DNA of 63,587 nt, the filler included, from Pelomyxa schiedti (taxonomy: Eukaryota; Protista; Evosea): NCBI GenBank assembly GCA_020536535.1. It is 13 parts of 13 records of this genome, joined end to end, with 100 filler letters (N's around TTAATTAATTAA, not from the genome) between each part and the next. Parts side by side here need not be neighbours in the genome. Positions count along the whole stretch, not along the records: positions 1 to 10,254 come from JAHLWZ010000467.1; positions 10,355 to 18,511 come from JAHLWZ010001328.1; 11 more parts are not named here. One strand, 5' to 3'. This document shows, in pieces, positions 1-11,399 of the stretch; positions within the stretch are counted from its first letter, which is position 1; each line of letters opens with the position of its first letter. The notes beneath the pieces are model-generated. The model saw only the letters and a list, made by a program, of their open reading frames with translations. It was not told the DNA's origin and searched no databases. A program made the translations under genes and the position numbers.

Positions 1-590
1 CCACAACCAACACCAACACCAACACCAACATCTGTGGAGCTTGCCTGCCACGTTAGACCTGGCCAGCCCCCTCCAACAAGCCTCTGGGCCTCCTCCAGGT
101 GTCCTCCCACACACAACCCCCCAAGCACGCACATGAACTCCTTGTTCTCCCTCCTCCTCCTGCTCATCGCCATCCATTGTTGTTGCCACAATACTCCGTC
201 TCCCCCCACTTGCTCCCTCTGTGGGTCTCGTGTGCCCCTGGCCGCCACCATTGGTTCTTCCTCCTTCTCTCTCGAGGCCCTCCTCGTCGTGATGAGCCAG
301 TCCACGCACGATGCGCTCCCGGCCTCGGCCGCCGCGCGCAGTGCAGAGTGCCACTTGTTCGAGCGGGCCACGAGGGCCCTGCGCACGAGGCCCCTCAGCG
401 GGAACAGTGCCTCGCCCACCACGCACAGCCCCACCGCGTGCTTCAGGGACAGCGGTATCGCCGCGTCGCCGTTGCCGCCGCCGCAACGCAGCTCGGGCAC
501 GAGCCGGGGTACAACGGCATCCCACACCACGCGCGACACGGCCACAGCGTGCGACAGCCCCATCTCCCTCGTCGTCGTGCTGGTGCTCAT
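1..590 (-). CDS. SRVVW-family ankyrin-like protein, 5' part, runs off the window start (absent from the ORF track)
   Basis: Manual translation from ATG at 590: MSTSTTTREMGLSHAVAVSRVVWDAVVP...GEALFPL...AAAEAGSASCVDWLI...RRRRENKEFMCVLGGLCVGGHLEEAQRL. Same motif order as the genes at 2.3-10.3 kb (SRVVWEQVV, AEAMFPL, REREWVAVLTGLCCGGHL). Confidence 0.8.
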   Translation of the reverse strand, partial: MSTSTTTREMGLSHAVAVSRVVWDAVVPRLVPELRCGGGNGDAAIPLSLKHAVGLCVVGEALFPLRGLVRRALVARSNKWHSALRAAAEAGSASCVDWLITTRRASREKEEEPMVAARGTRDPQREQVGGDGVLWQQQWMAMSRRRRENKEFMCVLGGLCVGGHLEEAQRLVGGGWPGLTWQASSTDVGVGVGVGC

Positions 591-722
591 GCTTGGAGTA
601 GTTTGTGATTTTGATCGAGTTCGCCGAACGCCGATGTTCCCCCCCGCCAGATCTGAGGATTGTCATTCAAACTATTGGTACTGAAAAAAACTCGCGACTG
701 GACTAGCAACATAATGATGTAG

Positions 723-1609
723 CTACCAAAAGGAAAAAGTTTTCTTTATCATAACGCCATAATTTACAAGTGCCAACATGGCGTCAGTCTCGGCATCAGT
801 TATTGCATACCTCCTGGTCACTTTGCCCCCCTGTGGTGATTGTTCTCCCTTGGACATCCACACCACAATCCCTCCAGATTTTTTGGTAAGCATTCTCATC
901 TCCAGCATCAATGGAAGATCACTTTTTGTGCCACCAGACCCACTCCTCAGTGAATTGAAGCAAACACAGGGTGTTGTGAGGTTAGAGGTATTGTACACCT
1001 CGTATTCCCCTTCAATGGTATTGACAGCAATGAGTTTGTCACTGAGGACGTGCACGTAACTCATGCCTCTGAAGGTGTGTGTTTGCTTTGTCACTGTGTT
1101 GTAAACGCTGTTACCCCCTCTATCTTGGAAAACAACACAAAGGGGATCACCACAAAGCATGTTCACGCAGATTCCCCGTGGAAGCGGAATAGGCTCAGAC
1201 AACAACACCTTGATGCCCTTGCTGAAGCTCTCCTCCAGGTCAATCATCTCCAAGTGGTTGACGCCGTCACAATGAGCAGTATAAGTCGTGTGCATCAGCG
1301 CAAACAGAACGTTGGTGTGGGCGTCACTCAGAGCCGCACAGACAGGCTGTGCTCCCAAATCCACAACCGCGCGACAGCCCTCACCAGACAACAGCTCACC
1401 CCTTGCTTCGACACGGCCGATCCTCCACACTGTCATGGTTGCGGTTTTAACCACCACCAGCCACTTGCTGTTGATGTTATTGGATAGCGTGAAACGGCCC
1501 TCACCAGCCGTGGCCACGGTCTCAGCCAGGTGCCCATTCCCATCCACAACCTCAAATTCTCCATTCTTGTAGCTCTCTCTCACCAAAACGAGCCTGTCCT
1601 CACTCGTGA

Positions 1610-1672
<63 letters not shown>

Positions 1673-2129
1673 CTCCACAGGACGGGACAGAAGTGGTTGT
1701 TGGTGTAGCTACAACGGTGCCAATGTGACCCGTGAGGTAATTGAGGATTTCGTAATCGAGGGAGGGGAACTGCACCGACCTCACAACGCCCAGTGTTGGC
1801 GACAGGAGCATCCACACGTGGAACTGGTGATAAATGGCTTTCGGGGCAGACTCGTCGGCACCCACAAGTGCGAACAACACGACGTCGCGGCACCCGCGCA
1901 CGACCCAATCCCTGCCGAACTGCTCGACTATCGACGGCGACGCGGCGAGGAGACTGGCCGGCGAACTTTGCCTCGTCCTGGCCACAACGGACCCGCACGC
2001 GAACGCGACGAACTGGTCTGCGGCTGATATCACTGCGTCGAGTGTCACATGTGGTGGTGACGGTGATGGTGCGGGGGATGAGGAGAGAGCGGTTGTTGTT
2101 TGGGTAGCCTTGCTGTAGTCGTTTCCCAT
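723..2129 (-). CDS. QF-RCG-SP family protein, 468 aa, intronless, possible N-myristoylation
   Basis: SAADQFVAF...RTRQSSPAS...QFGRDWV...LSPTLGVV...NSKWLVV; starts MGNDYS (Gly2/Ser6). Confidence 0.85.
1612..1672. repeat. (TTGCTG)n hexamer microsatellite encoding a Ser-Asn tract
   Basis: About 10 perfect units; SNSNSN... in the minus-strand ORF. Confidence 0.95.
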
Positions 2130-2256
2130 TACGGTTTTATTGATTTTTTTTGAACACCAAAGCGTTGATGTTTGATCGGATGATGTTCACGCTGGTAGGA
2201 CGACCATTCTTCTTACCTTCACAATTCCTTGACTTCAAGTTGACTTCGCGTGTGGT

Positions 2257-4712
2257 TCAGAACCTAAAACATGGAGCACGTGCGTTGGGGCAGAAGTGCT
2301 CAATGTCGTCGTGGGTGACACCAAGCTTGCCCATTGTGAACTGTGTGTGAAGTGGTGATGCTACCACAATTTCCATGAAGTTGTGGATGACAACATCCCT
2401 TGTGATGTCCTGAGGGAACAGCCTCAGCATCAGCTTCCATGTGGCAAAGGCCACATTGTTTCCCAAGTGGGCACTGTTCCCTTTTGCCGACAGGAACTTT
2501 TGTGTGTTTCACAGTGGAAAACGATTTGAGTGAATGGTTGATAAAGAGGGGGGAATTGAGTGGAGAATACCTTCGAAGGGGTGATGTTGAATTTGTTGAA
2601 CAGCCACCTTGCACAGCTGCGTTTGTTGAGGGAAAGCATTTTGAAAAACAGACCAGTGATGACTGGTGGTGTGCTCTCTTGTGTAATTCCTCGGGTCGTG
2701 GCTCCACAACAAAGAAACAAAGAGGAGACCAGGAGCTTCACAATTTTGGAGGACTGTGGGTCCTTTCTGTACTCCTCCAAGACTATCTCCACCTCAGAAC
2801 GGGAGAACTGACCAAGGGACAAAACTTGTTGGATCTCTGAAGATGTTCCATGATTTGCAGCGTGGTCCAGAAGTTGTAAGAGGGTGTTACGGTGGGTCAC
2901 AGGTGAAAACGAAAATCTATTCCAGATGTATACCGCAGCGTCGATCTCAGGTGCAAGGGACCCAAGGTTCAAAGCAAACACCTCAGGTTGGCTCCAGTTT
3001 ATGTCACAAGCCTCGACTGCTGAGTGATGAGTAACCACCCACTCGAGCCAGCCTTGACCCTCAGGATGACTCCGCCAACCAAGGAGAGTCTTGAGAGAAA
3101 TTTTCGGCCTTGTTCCTGTTTTTGTTAGGATCTGCTTCTCCAGAAACTTAGAGATCAAATCCAAATGCTTGGCCAAAGCTCGGTGAAGTGCATTGAGCAA
3201 ATCTGAGGAACTCACATCATCACCCAGTTTCTTCACCAACCATTCAACAAACTCCACGTTGTCATGAGTGCCTGAACACAAAGACAAGAAGATGTTGAAA
3301 CCAGCAGTTACTCCCTTTTCTTCAACAAGCCACTTCCCCAGTTCAACATTCCCACCCTTATTGAGATTCCAAAGGTTGGACATTTCGTGAGCATCAGTTG
3401 AATCAGAGAGTGCCCACTTGACAACCTTGGCACTCTTGGGCAAACATATTAATCCACTCCTGTACGCAGACACGAGATCTTCACCATTTAATGAGAAGTG
3501 ATCCTTGAGCCACTGGCACACCTCAATGACCTCATCAGCTGGACACCCCTTGCACGATGCCGCTAATTTAGCCAAGTACCTGGCAGACTCACTGAAGTCC
3601 CAGTGTGGAAAGGTCTCCACAAGGCACTTCACGTCAGAGACTCTGCCTTTCCTTGGGTGGAATGAACCGACAGCATCCATGCATTTGGGGTCATTTCCCA
3701 AGTGAAAGGTGCTCACCAGCCACTGGATGATGTGAAGGTGCCCACTGACTGCAGCCAGATTTAGGGGACCTTGAATGAGTTCAATTCTGTTGAGCTGAAG
3801 TACGTCTGTCAGAAGCCATTGAAGAACATCCAGATGGCCAGCTGCACAAACCCCCCTCACCAGGTTGAATATCCCCCTCTCACTCCAGAATTCATCACAC
3901 TGCAGAACACCTCCTCCCTACCACAATACGTGAATACAATATTTCTTTTCATTATCGACATTCATAACTGTGATAGTACATACTGTCTTGCCAACTGCCC
4001 CGGCTGCAGTTTTTCCTGGGCTGTCTGCTTCACTACTGCATAATCCCTTCAGAGCACTTTGTTGTGCCCCCACACTCTCTCCCAGCCACACCACACCACC
4101 ACCACCACCAACAACACCACCACCGCCGCCCTCCTCATCCCACCTTGTTGTTGTCTCCACGAACCTCTTTGCCATCTCCAGGTGACCCCCACAGCACAGC
4201 CCCGTCAGCACCGCCACCCACTCCCTCTCCCTCCTCATCTCCCTCATAGTCGTTCCCGTCCCTCCTCCTCCGCCTATCCTCTCCTCCGTCTCTTCGTCGT
4301 CGAAATCAGCACCGTCACATCCACTCCTCGTCGTCAACGAAGCCGCTTGGCGGCGCCTCTCACTGCGATTCTTCGCGTTGTTGGCGATGGTCCACGCCAC
4401 GCACTTGGGGCTCAGCGCCGCCGCCGCGTTCTCGAGGTCGCGGTAGTGCCCGAGCTCGCGGTACCGCGTCGACGACGGCCCCGAGGATACCGAGCGAGAG
4501 GCCAGGGCCACGAGGGGGAACATGGCCTCGGCCGTGGCGAGCACGCACGACACAACGGGGCGCGGGAGCTCGCGGCCCCACTTGCGTCGGGCGAGGGTGG
4601 GCCGCAACACCCAGGGCACCACAACTTGCTCCCAGACGACTCGCGAGATCCCCAAGATCCGTTGTTTCTCTGTCTCGGCGGAGTGTGTCGCTACGGCTTG
4701 TGGGTTCGCCAT
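2257..4712 (-). CDS. SRVVW-family ankyrin-like repeat protein, tandem copy A (3 exons)
   Basis: ORFs 3918..4778, 2430..3860 and 2257..2466 join via a GTATGT..TAG intron (3918-3983) and a second intron near 2497-2570. Ankyrin-like motifs CAAGHLDVLQWL, AAVSGHLHIIQWL, GNVELGKWLVEEKG. Confidence 0.8.
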
Positions 4713-4765
4713 CACCTTGGCAAGGTTCAGGGAATGTAAAATCAAAAAGCACTGGCTTGTGTTTA

Positions 4766-5684
4766 CACCGGGGTTCAAGTCAAATGAGAAAAACAGAATT
4801 TTTTAGTGAGCAAGGCAGCGTGAAGCGGTCCCGTTTTGCCGGGATTTGTTGATGTTTTGTGCCGCGGCACTGCATAAATGGGTTTTTGGCATTGTTCAGT
4901 GGCTTGGGTCTTTGATTATCGCCACAACCTTCAAATTATTCGCTGCGTACGACGAGGGAAGACCATGCCATCAGTGGTGAAGTGAGACAACCGGTACTCT
5001 TCCATTCGCTTTTTGTTGTCTATCCCGTTCCATTTGTTTGTGTTTCTTTTTTATTATTATTTATCTAAAGATATAGATTTCCCCATAATTTATTGAAATT
5101 AGTAAAATATTATTTATCGTTAATTAATAACTTCTTTATTTTATTTAAATAAATAGTTTAATTACGCATCTAGGTCTTTTTTCCATTCAACCTCTACGAA
5201 AAGTCTCCGGCCACAGCTTTCCACTGTTATGTGGCTTCTTCTTTCTTCGTTCTCTTTTTTCCTGTACGCCCTAACATAATTGCTGGACGTGGCTGTCATC
5301 ATGTTGCATTACTACAATAACCGACACCAGACAGCCGTGTAGCACTGCTATTGGCACAATGCCATGGCACTGCACGGTAACGTGACCACAACCCACAACC
5401 GACACCAACGTCGAGCATAATTGGTAATGTGTCCGTAGAATAGAAAAAGGGAAAAATGGCTGCGTGTGGAACCGATTTACCAGAACCCGATGATTGCAAG
5501 TTGGGTTAAAAATTCCGAGTCGGTTTTTAAGGGCCTACTCTATGTCAGTGCCGCGCAGCCGCACCGGCGGGAGCCGAATCCCCCGCGGCACAAAACATCA
5601 ACAAATCCCGGCAAAACGGGACCGCTTCACGCTGCCTTGCTCACTAAAAAATTCTGTTTTTCTCATTTGACTTGCACCCCGGTG
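4766..5684. mobile_element. Non-autonomous TIR DNA transposon (919 bp) with TA target-site duplication
   Basis: About 102-bp near-perfect inverted repeats at 4766-4867 and 5583-5684 starting CACCGGGGT(T/G)CAAGTCAAATGAG; TA at 4764-65 and 5685-86; no transposase ORF inside. Confidence 0.9.
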
Positions 5685-5719
5685 TAGCGGCAGATGCAAT
5701 CGATGTAAAATAGAGTGGG

Positions 5720-8078
5720 TTAAAACTGCTCAATGTCATCCTGGGTGACACCAAGCTTGTCCATTGTGAACTGTGTGTGAAGTGGTGATGCAACCACAAT
5801 TGCCATGAAGTTGTGGATGACAACATCCCTTGTGATTCCTGGGAAAAGATCAAGCATCAGCTTCCATGTGGCAAAGTTTACTTGGTTGAGTGTACTTGCA
5901 CACTCAATTGCAGAAAGGAACTGTGTGTTGTTGCATAGTATGAATGAATGTATTAAGAACGATGGAGAATACCTGAGGAAGAGTGATGTTGAATTTATTG
6001 AACAGCCACCTTGCACAGCTGCGTTTGTTGCTGGAAACCATTTTGAGAAAGATTGCCCTTATGACTTGTGGTGTGTTCTCTATTCTCCTTTTCTGCATGA
6101 GTCTTCTACTCAAGAACAAAGAGGAGACCAGGAGCTTCACAATCTTGGAGGAGTCAGCGCAGGCACTGTACTCCTCCAAGAATTTCTCCATCTCTGAATA
6201 GGAGAATTCACCAAGGGACAAAACCTGCTGGATCTGTGAAGATGTGCCATGATGCACAAAGCGGAGCACTAGTTTCAAGAGGATGTCATGGTGGGTCACA
6301 GGAGACAAGGAAAACCGATTCCAAATGGACACTGCAGCGTCATTTTTAAGCACAAAGATTTCCCCATTGCTAAAGTCCAACACCTCAGATTGAGTCCAGT
6401 TGAGATCACAAGCATCTGAATGATGGGTAAACACCCAGTCAAGCCAGCCATCACCCTCAGGTTGATGCCAATAAAGGAGTTTTGAGAAAGAAATTTTGGG
6501 CTTTGTGCCTGTCGTTGTGAGGATCTGCTTCTCCAACCACTTGCAGATCAAATCCAAACGGTTTGGGTTGGCCAAAGCTCTGTGAAGTGCATTGAGCAAA
6601 TCTGAGGAACTCAGCTCATCACCCAGTTTCTTGAACAACCATTCAACAAACTCCACTTTGTCATGAGTGCCTGAACACGCATCAAAAAAGCGGGCAGAGT
6701 TGACAATTGCTCCCTTCTCTTCAACAAGCCACTTTCCCAGTTCAACATTCCCAGCCTGAGTGCAACAGAGGTCCCACAGGCTCCACATCTCAGATACATC
6801 AGGGACATCAGAGAGTGCCCACTTGATAACCTTTGCACTCTTTGGCAAAGAGATCAAGTTATCTGGAGAAATAAAATCTACCCCATGCAAGGAGAAGCGA
6901 TCCTTGAGCCACTGGCACACTTCAATGATTTCGTCAGATGAGCACCCCTTGCAGAATGCTGCCGAATCAGCCAAGTACTGAACAGACTCACCGAGTCTGA
7001 AGTCCCAGTGTGGAAATGTCTCCACGAGACGTTTTACATCAGATACTCTGCCCTTCGTGGGGTGGAAGGAGCCAGCAACACCTTCACTGTTAGCAGGCCC
7101 ATCTAAGTCAAAGGTGCTCACCAGCCACTTGAAGATGTGGAGGTGACCGTTTAAAGCAGCCTGAAGTAGAGGTTCTCCAACGAGCTCAGTTCTGTTGAGC
7201 TGAAGTACGTCTGTCAGAACCCACTGAAGAACCTCCAGGTGGCCCGCTGCACAAACCCTCCTCACCAAGTTCCACATTCCCCTCTCACTCCAGAATTCAT
7301 CGCACAGCAGAGCACCTCCCCCAGGGAGCTGGATAAATAAATATATCAACACAAGTGGTGTGTCAACAAGAGAATTACCTACCGTGGTGCACTGTGCAGT
7401 GAGTTGTTGTTGTGCCACCACACCCTCTTTCGGCCACACAACACCGCCCTCCCACCTGCTTCCCAAGAACATCTTCGCCATCCCCAGGTGGCCTCCACAG
7501 CACAGCCCCGTCAGCACAGCCACCCACTCCCTCTCCCGCCTCATCATCCATCCTATCTCCTCCTCCATCTCCTCATTATTATCCACATTCCCACCATCAC
7601 CATCCCAATCACGTGTTGTTATGTTGTCGTTAGTGCTACTAGTAGTCCCCCCTGTTGAGGATTGTGGGATTGCGAGTAGGGAGCCCACTCTGGCCGCCTG
7701 CCGACGGCGCTCTCGGCGGTTCTTCGCGTTGTTGGCGATGATCCACGCCACGCACTTGGGGCTCAGCGCCGCAGCGGCGTGCTCGAGGTCGCGGTAGTGC
7801 CCGAGCTCGCGGTACCGCGTCGGCGACGGACCCACCGCGACCGCGCGGGAGGCCAGGGCCACGAGGGGGAACATGGCCTCGGCCGTGGCGAGCACGCACG
7901 ACACAACGGGGCGCGGGAGCTCGCGGGCCCACTTGCGTCGGGCGAGGGCGGGCCGCAACACCCACGGCACCACAACTTGCTCCCAGACGACTCGCGAGAT
8001 CCCCAAGATCCGTTGTTTTTCCGTTGGTTGTTGTGACGGGTCGAACTCGTCGACTGCTCTTGTGTTGTTGTCCTTCAT
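5720..8078 (-). CDS. SRVVW-family ankyrin-like repeat protein, tandem copy B
   Basis: 725-aa ORF plus last exon FLSAIECASTLNQVNFATWKLML after a 52-nt intron (5921-5972); likely in-frame intron near 7330-7380. Confidence 0.85.
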
Positions 8079-8120
8079 CACCTTGGCCGTTATTCTCGTA
8101 ATTTAGAAAATACCTTTTTA

Positions 8121-10254
8121 TTAAGGCTTCCAACGGAAACGGGTGCGGCTGAACTCTTCAATGTCATCCTGAGTGATGCCAAGCTTGTCCATTGAGAACT
8201 GTGTGTGAAGCGGCGATGCCACCACAAATCCCATGAAGTTATGGATGACAACATCCCTTGTGATGTCTTGGAAAAGCTTCAGCATCAACTTCCATGTGGC
8301 AAAGTCCACTTGTTGTACAAAGTTAACAAATCGCTCATTTGCAGAAAGGAACTGTGTGTGAGTGAGTGAGTAGGGAAGGCAGGGGGAACGGGAAGAATAC
8401 CTGGGGAAGAGTGAATTTGAATCTGTTGAACAACCACCTCACACAGCTGCGTTTGTTGTTGGTAAGCATGTGAAAAAGCACTGCATGAATGACTTGTGGT
8501 GTGCTCGCGCTTCTATTTTGTGGTGTGGCTCTGCTTCCACCCAAGAACAAAGAGGAGATCAAGAGCTTCACAATCTTGGAGGACCCTAGGGGGAAGGCAC
8601 TGTACTCCTGTAAGGCACTCTCCAGCACAGAACGGGAGAATTGACCAAGGCACAACACTTGCTGAATCTGGGAAGTTGTGCCACACTTCACTAAGTGGAG
8701 AAGCAACTTAGAGAGGATCTGAGGGTTGGTCACAGGGCACAAGGAAAACTTCTTCNNNNNNNNNNNNNNNNNNNNNNNNNNNNNNNNNNNNNNNNNNNNN
8801 NNNNNNNNNNNNNNNNNNNNNNNNNNNNNNNNNNNNNNNNNNNNNNNNNNNNNNNGGAGAATTGACCAAGGCACAACACTTGCTGAATCTGGGAAGTTGT
8901 GCCACACTTCACTAAGTGGAGAAGCAACTTAGAGAGGATCTGAGGGTTGGTCACAGGGCACAAGGAAAACTTCTTCCAAATGGACACTGCAGTGCCCATT
9001 TTGAGAACAAAGGAGCTCCCATTGCAAAAGTCCAACACCTCAGATTGGCTCCATTCGAGATCACAAGCTTCTGAATGATTGGTGAACACCCAGTCGAGCC
9101 AGCCATCACACCCAGGGCGATGACAATAAAAGAGCTTTGAGAGAGAAATTTTGGGCTTTGTGCCTGTTGTCGTGAGGATCTGCTTCTCCAACCACTTGCA
9201 GATCAAATCCAAACGGTTTGGGTTGGCCAAAGCCGTGTGGAGTGCTTTTAGAAAATCTGAGGAACTCAGCTCATCACCCAGTTTCTTGACCAACCATTCA
9301 ACAAACTCCGCTTTGTCATGAATTCCTGAACAAGTGTCAAAAAAGCTATCGGTGCTGACAATTGCTCCCTTCTCTTCAACAAGCCACTTTCCCAGTTCAA
9401 CATTCCCAGCTTTAGAACAGCAGAAACTCCAAAGAGAAGAGATTTCATCAGATGCACTAGTGACATCAGAGAGTGCCCACTTGATAACCTTTGCACTCTT
9501 TGGCAAAGAGGGAGAGGTATCTGGACAAGCAAAATCCTGCCCATACAACGAGAAACGATCCTTGAGCCACTGGCACACTTCAATTACTTCATCAGCTGAA
9601 CAGCCCTTGCAGGATGCTGCCCAAATGGCCAAGGACTGAATACAGTCACTGAAATCCCAGTGTGGAAAGGTCTCCACGAGTAGTTTCACATCAGAGACTC
9701 TGCCTTTCATTGGGTGGAAGTTTGAAGCCATACACACGGTGTCAGCAGTGTCACCCAAGTCAAAGGTGCTCACCAGCCACTCGAACATGTGAAGCTGACC
9801 GTTTTCAGCGGCCACAAACAGGCAGTGTTGAACCAATTCATTTTTTTTGTCGAGCTGAAGCCAGTCTGTCAGCACCCACTGAAGGACATGCAGGTGTCCA
9901 GCTGTGCAAACTTGCCACAGTAAGTTGTCCAACCCCCTGTTGCTCCAGAATTCATCGCACAACTTAGCAGCTCCTCCCTGCACAGACACGGTAAATGCGG
10001 TTACTCTAATAAAAGAATGTTACCATTGCGGGCTCAGCTGCAAGGGGTGAAGTTTCTCTTGGTATGGCGTCTTGGCACCCACGGATTCCCTGGCACCCAA
10101 TAAGAACAGAAACGAGTTGTTGTGCCGCACTCTCTTTCGGCCACACCACACCACCACAACCATCACCACCACTGCCCTCTTCATTCCAGCTTCTTGTCTC
10201 CACGAACCTCTTTGCCATCTCCAGGTGACCCCCACAGCACAGCCCCGTCAGCAC
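8121..10254 (-). CDS. SRVVW-family ankyrin-like repeat protein, tandem copy C (5' end cut by the contig end; internal gap artefact)
   Basis: LTGLCCGGHLEMAKRF, CTAGHLHVLQWVL and last exon FATWKLML as in copies A and B. Confidence 0.8.
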
Positions 10255-10354
10255 NNNNNNNNNNNNNNNNNNNNNNNNNNNNNNNNNNNNNNNNNNNNTT
10301 AATTAATTAANNNNNNNNNNNNNNNNNNNNNNNNNNNNNNNNNNNNNNNNNNNN
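10255..10354. other. Artificial contig linker N44-TTAATTAATTAA-N44 (also 18512-18611, 21009-21108, 24950-25049, 26143-26242, 29405-29504, 30883-30982, 31985-32084, 47529-47628, 54921-55020, 61010-61109, 62429-62528)
   Basis: Identical 100-nt construct with stop codons in all six frames; genes are cut off at both sides. Confidence 0.97.
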
Positions 10355-10773
10355 CATGGGAAACTGGTGAGATTGTTCCTGTGGATACTGTGGACATGGT
10401 GAAACCTGTGGAATGGGGTGTACTGGGTGTATCTGTTTACCAGTGCTTCTGGGGATCCAGGAGGGTGTTGGCAAACACTATCTCTTACATGTATGACATG
10501 GGAGGAGGAACTCCCAGGGAACTCTGTGCTTCAACGTGTCGTCGTGCCGTCACAGATACCCTTTTTATTGCTGAGAGAGAAGGTGGGAGTAATGAGTGCT
10601 GCATGTGGGATTTCAGTGGCAATTCCCAGGAGGTGAAGGTGTTTGCCATCCCATGTGTGTGCAGAGGTCTGACCACTGCTGGTGATTTCGTTATTGTGGA
10701 GGAAAGCTGCACCAAAGTTCATCTTGTTGATCCTGCTTCTGGTCTTGCTATTTTCGCGTTGCAATTACTATGA
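10355..10773 (+). CDS. 3' part of a close duplicate of the 11400..12551 gene
   Basis: ETGEIVPVDTVDMVKPVEWGVLGVSVYQCFWGSRRVLAN... is nearly identical to 12141-12551. Confidence 0.8.
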
Positions 10774-10801
10774 TGAATACTTGTGTCATTTGTGGAAGTG
10801 T

Positions 10802-11344
10802 TCATGGGTGAGAGTGTGGTTTGTGTACTTTAGCAAGTACACGAGCTTTAGCTCTATGGACACTATGCGGAGCACCACCGTCTTCCTCCATACTCACATT
10901 CAGGACCCTGCAGTCTCCCCTCCACGACTCATCACGATACAGGGTGCTGCACATAACCCTGTCATTTCCCACACACCCACACACAGTGCTGTCCAAAGGA
11001 AACTTGAACACAGACCAGTGTAGAATACCAAGCGTTGCTGACAGACTCACAATCAAAGCGGCAGACCTCAACGGGAGCTGGCGGAGCCGGTGTCCCACAA
11101 TTCGGCCGGTCCACCAAGGCAGCTCGAACACTGCTTCCCTGGCGCGCCTGAGCACCCAGTCTTTGGCCCACTGCCTCACCAGGCTCGGCGATTGCACCCA
11201 TAATTTCAACGACGGGCAGCAGCTTGCGGAGCACCTCGTGACGCCGCAGCAACACAGTGCAACCACTTGTGACTGAGCCGACGTCGTAGTCGTCGACATG
11301 CCCGTTTGAATGGCGTCACCGTCCCGCGATCGTGTCTGACCCAT
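10802..11344 (-). pseudogene. QF-RCG-SP family member, 3'-truncated inverted paralog of the 12627 gene
   Basis: MGQTRS...SAQSQVVALCCCGVTRCSAS...SPSLVRQWAKDWVLRRAREAVFELP...SLSATLGI; stops after about 180 aa versus about 400 aa for the paralog. Confidence 0.65.
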
Positions 11345-11399
11345 TTCTCCGAAAAGGTTTGATTGTGTGAAAATTCTGTAACGAAGCACGCACTGGGTG

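Noticed and set aside
1600-1998. Poly-Q protein
   Set aside because: Alternate-frame reading of the hexamer repeat inside the 468-aa gene.
3918-3920. In-frame TAG (and TAA at 20213) as stop-codon reassignment
   Set aside because: The TAG is an intron acceptor, the TAA lies in a decayed gene, and TAA, TAG and TGA all end intact genes elsewhere.
8635-8975. ~120-bp direct repeats flanking 100-N gaps (also 12901-13241 and 55460-55802)
   Set aside because: Identical sequence on both sides of a gap is an unmerged scaffold overlap; removing it restores the ORFs.
10255-10354. Recurring palindromic TTAATTAATTAA motif
   Set aside because: Always centred in N44 pads: an artificial six-frame-stop linker. 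Adjacency across these linkers carries no biological meaning.
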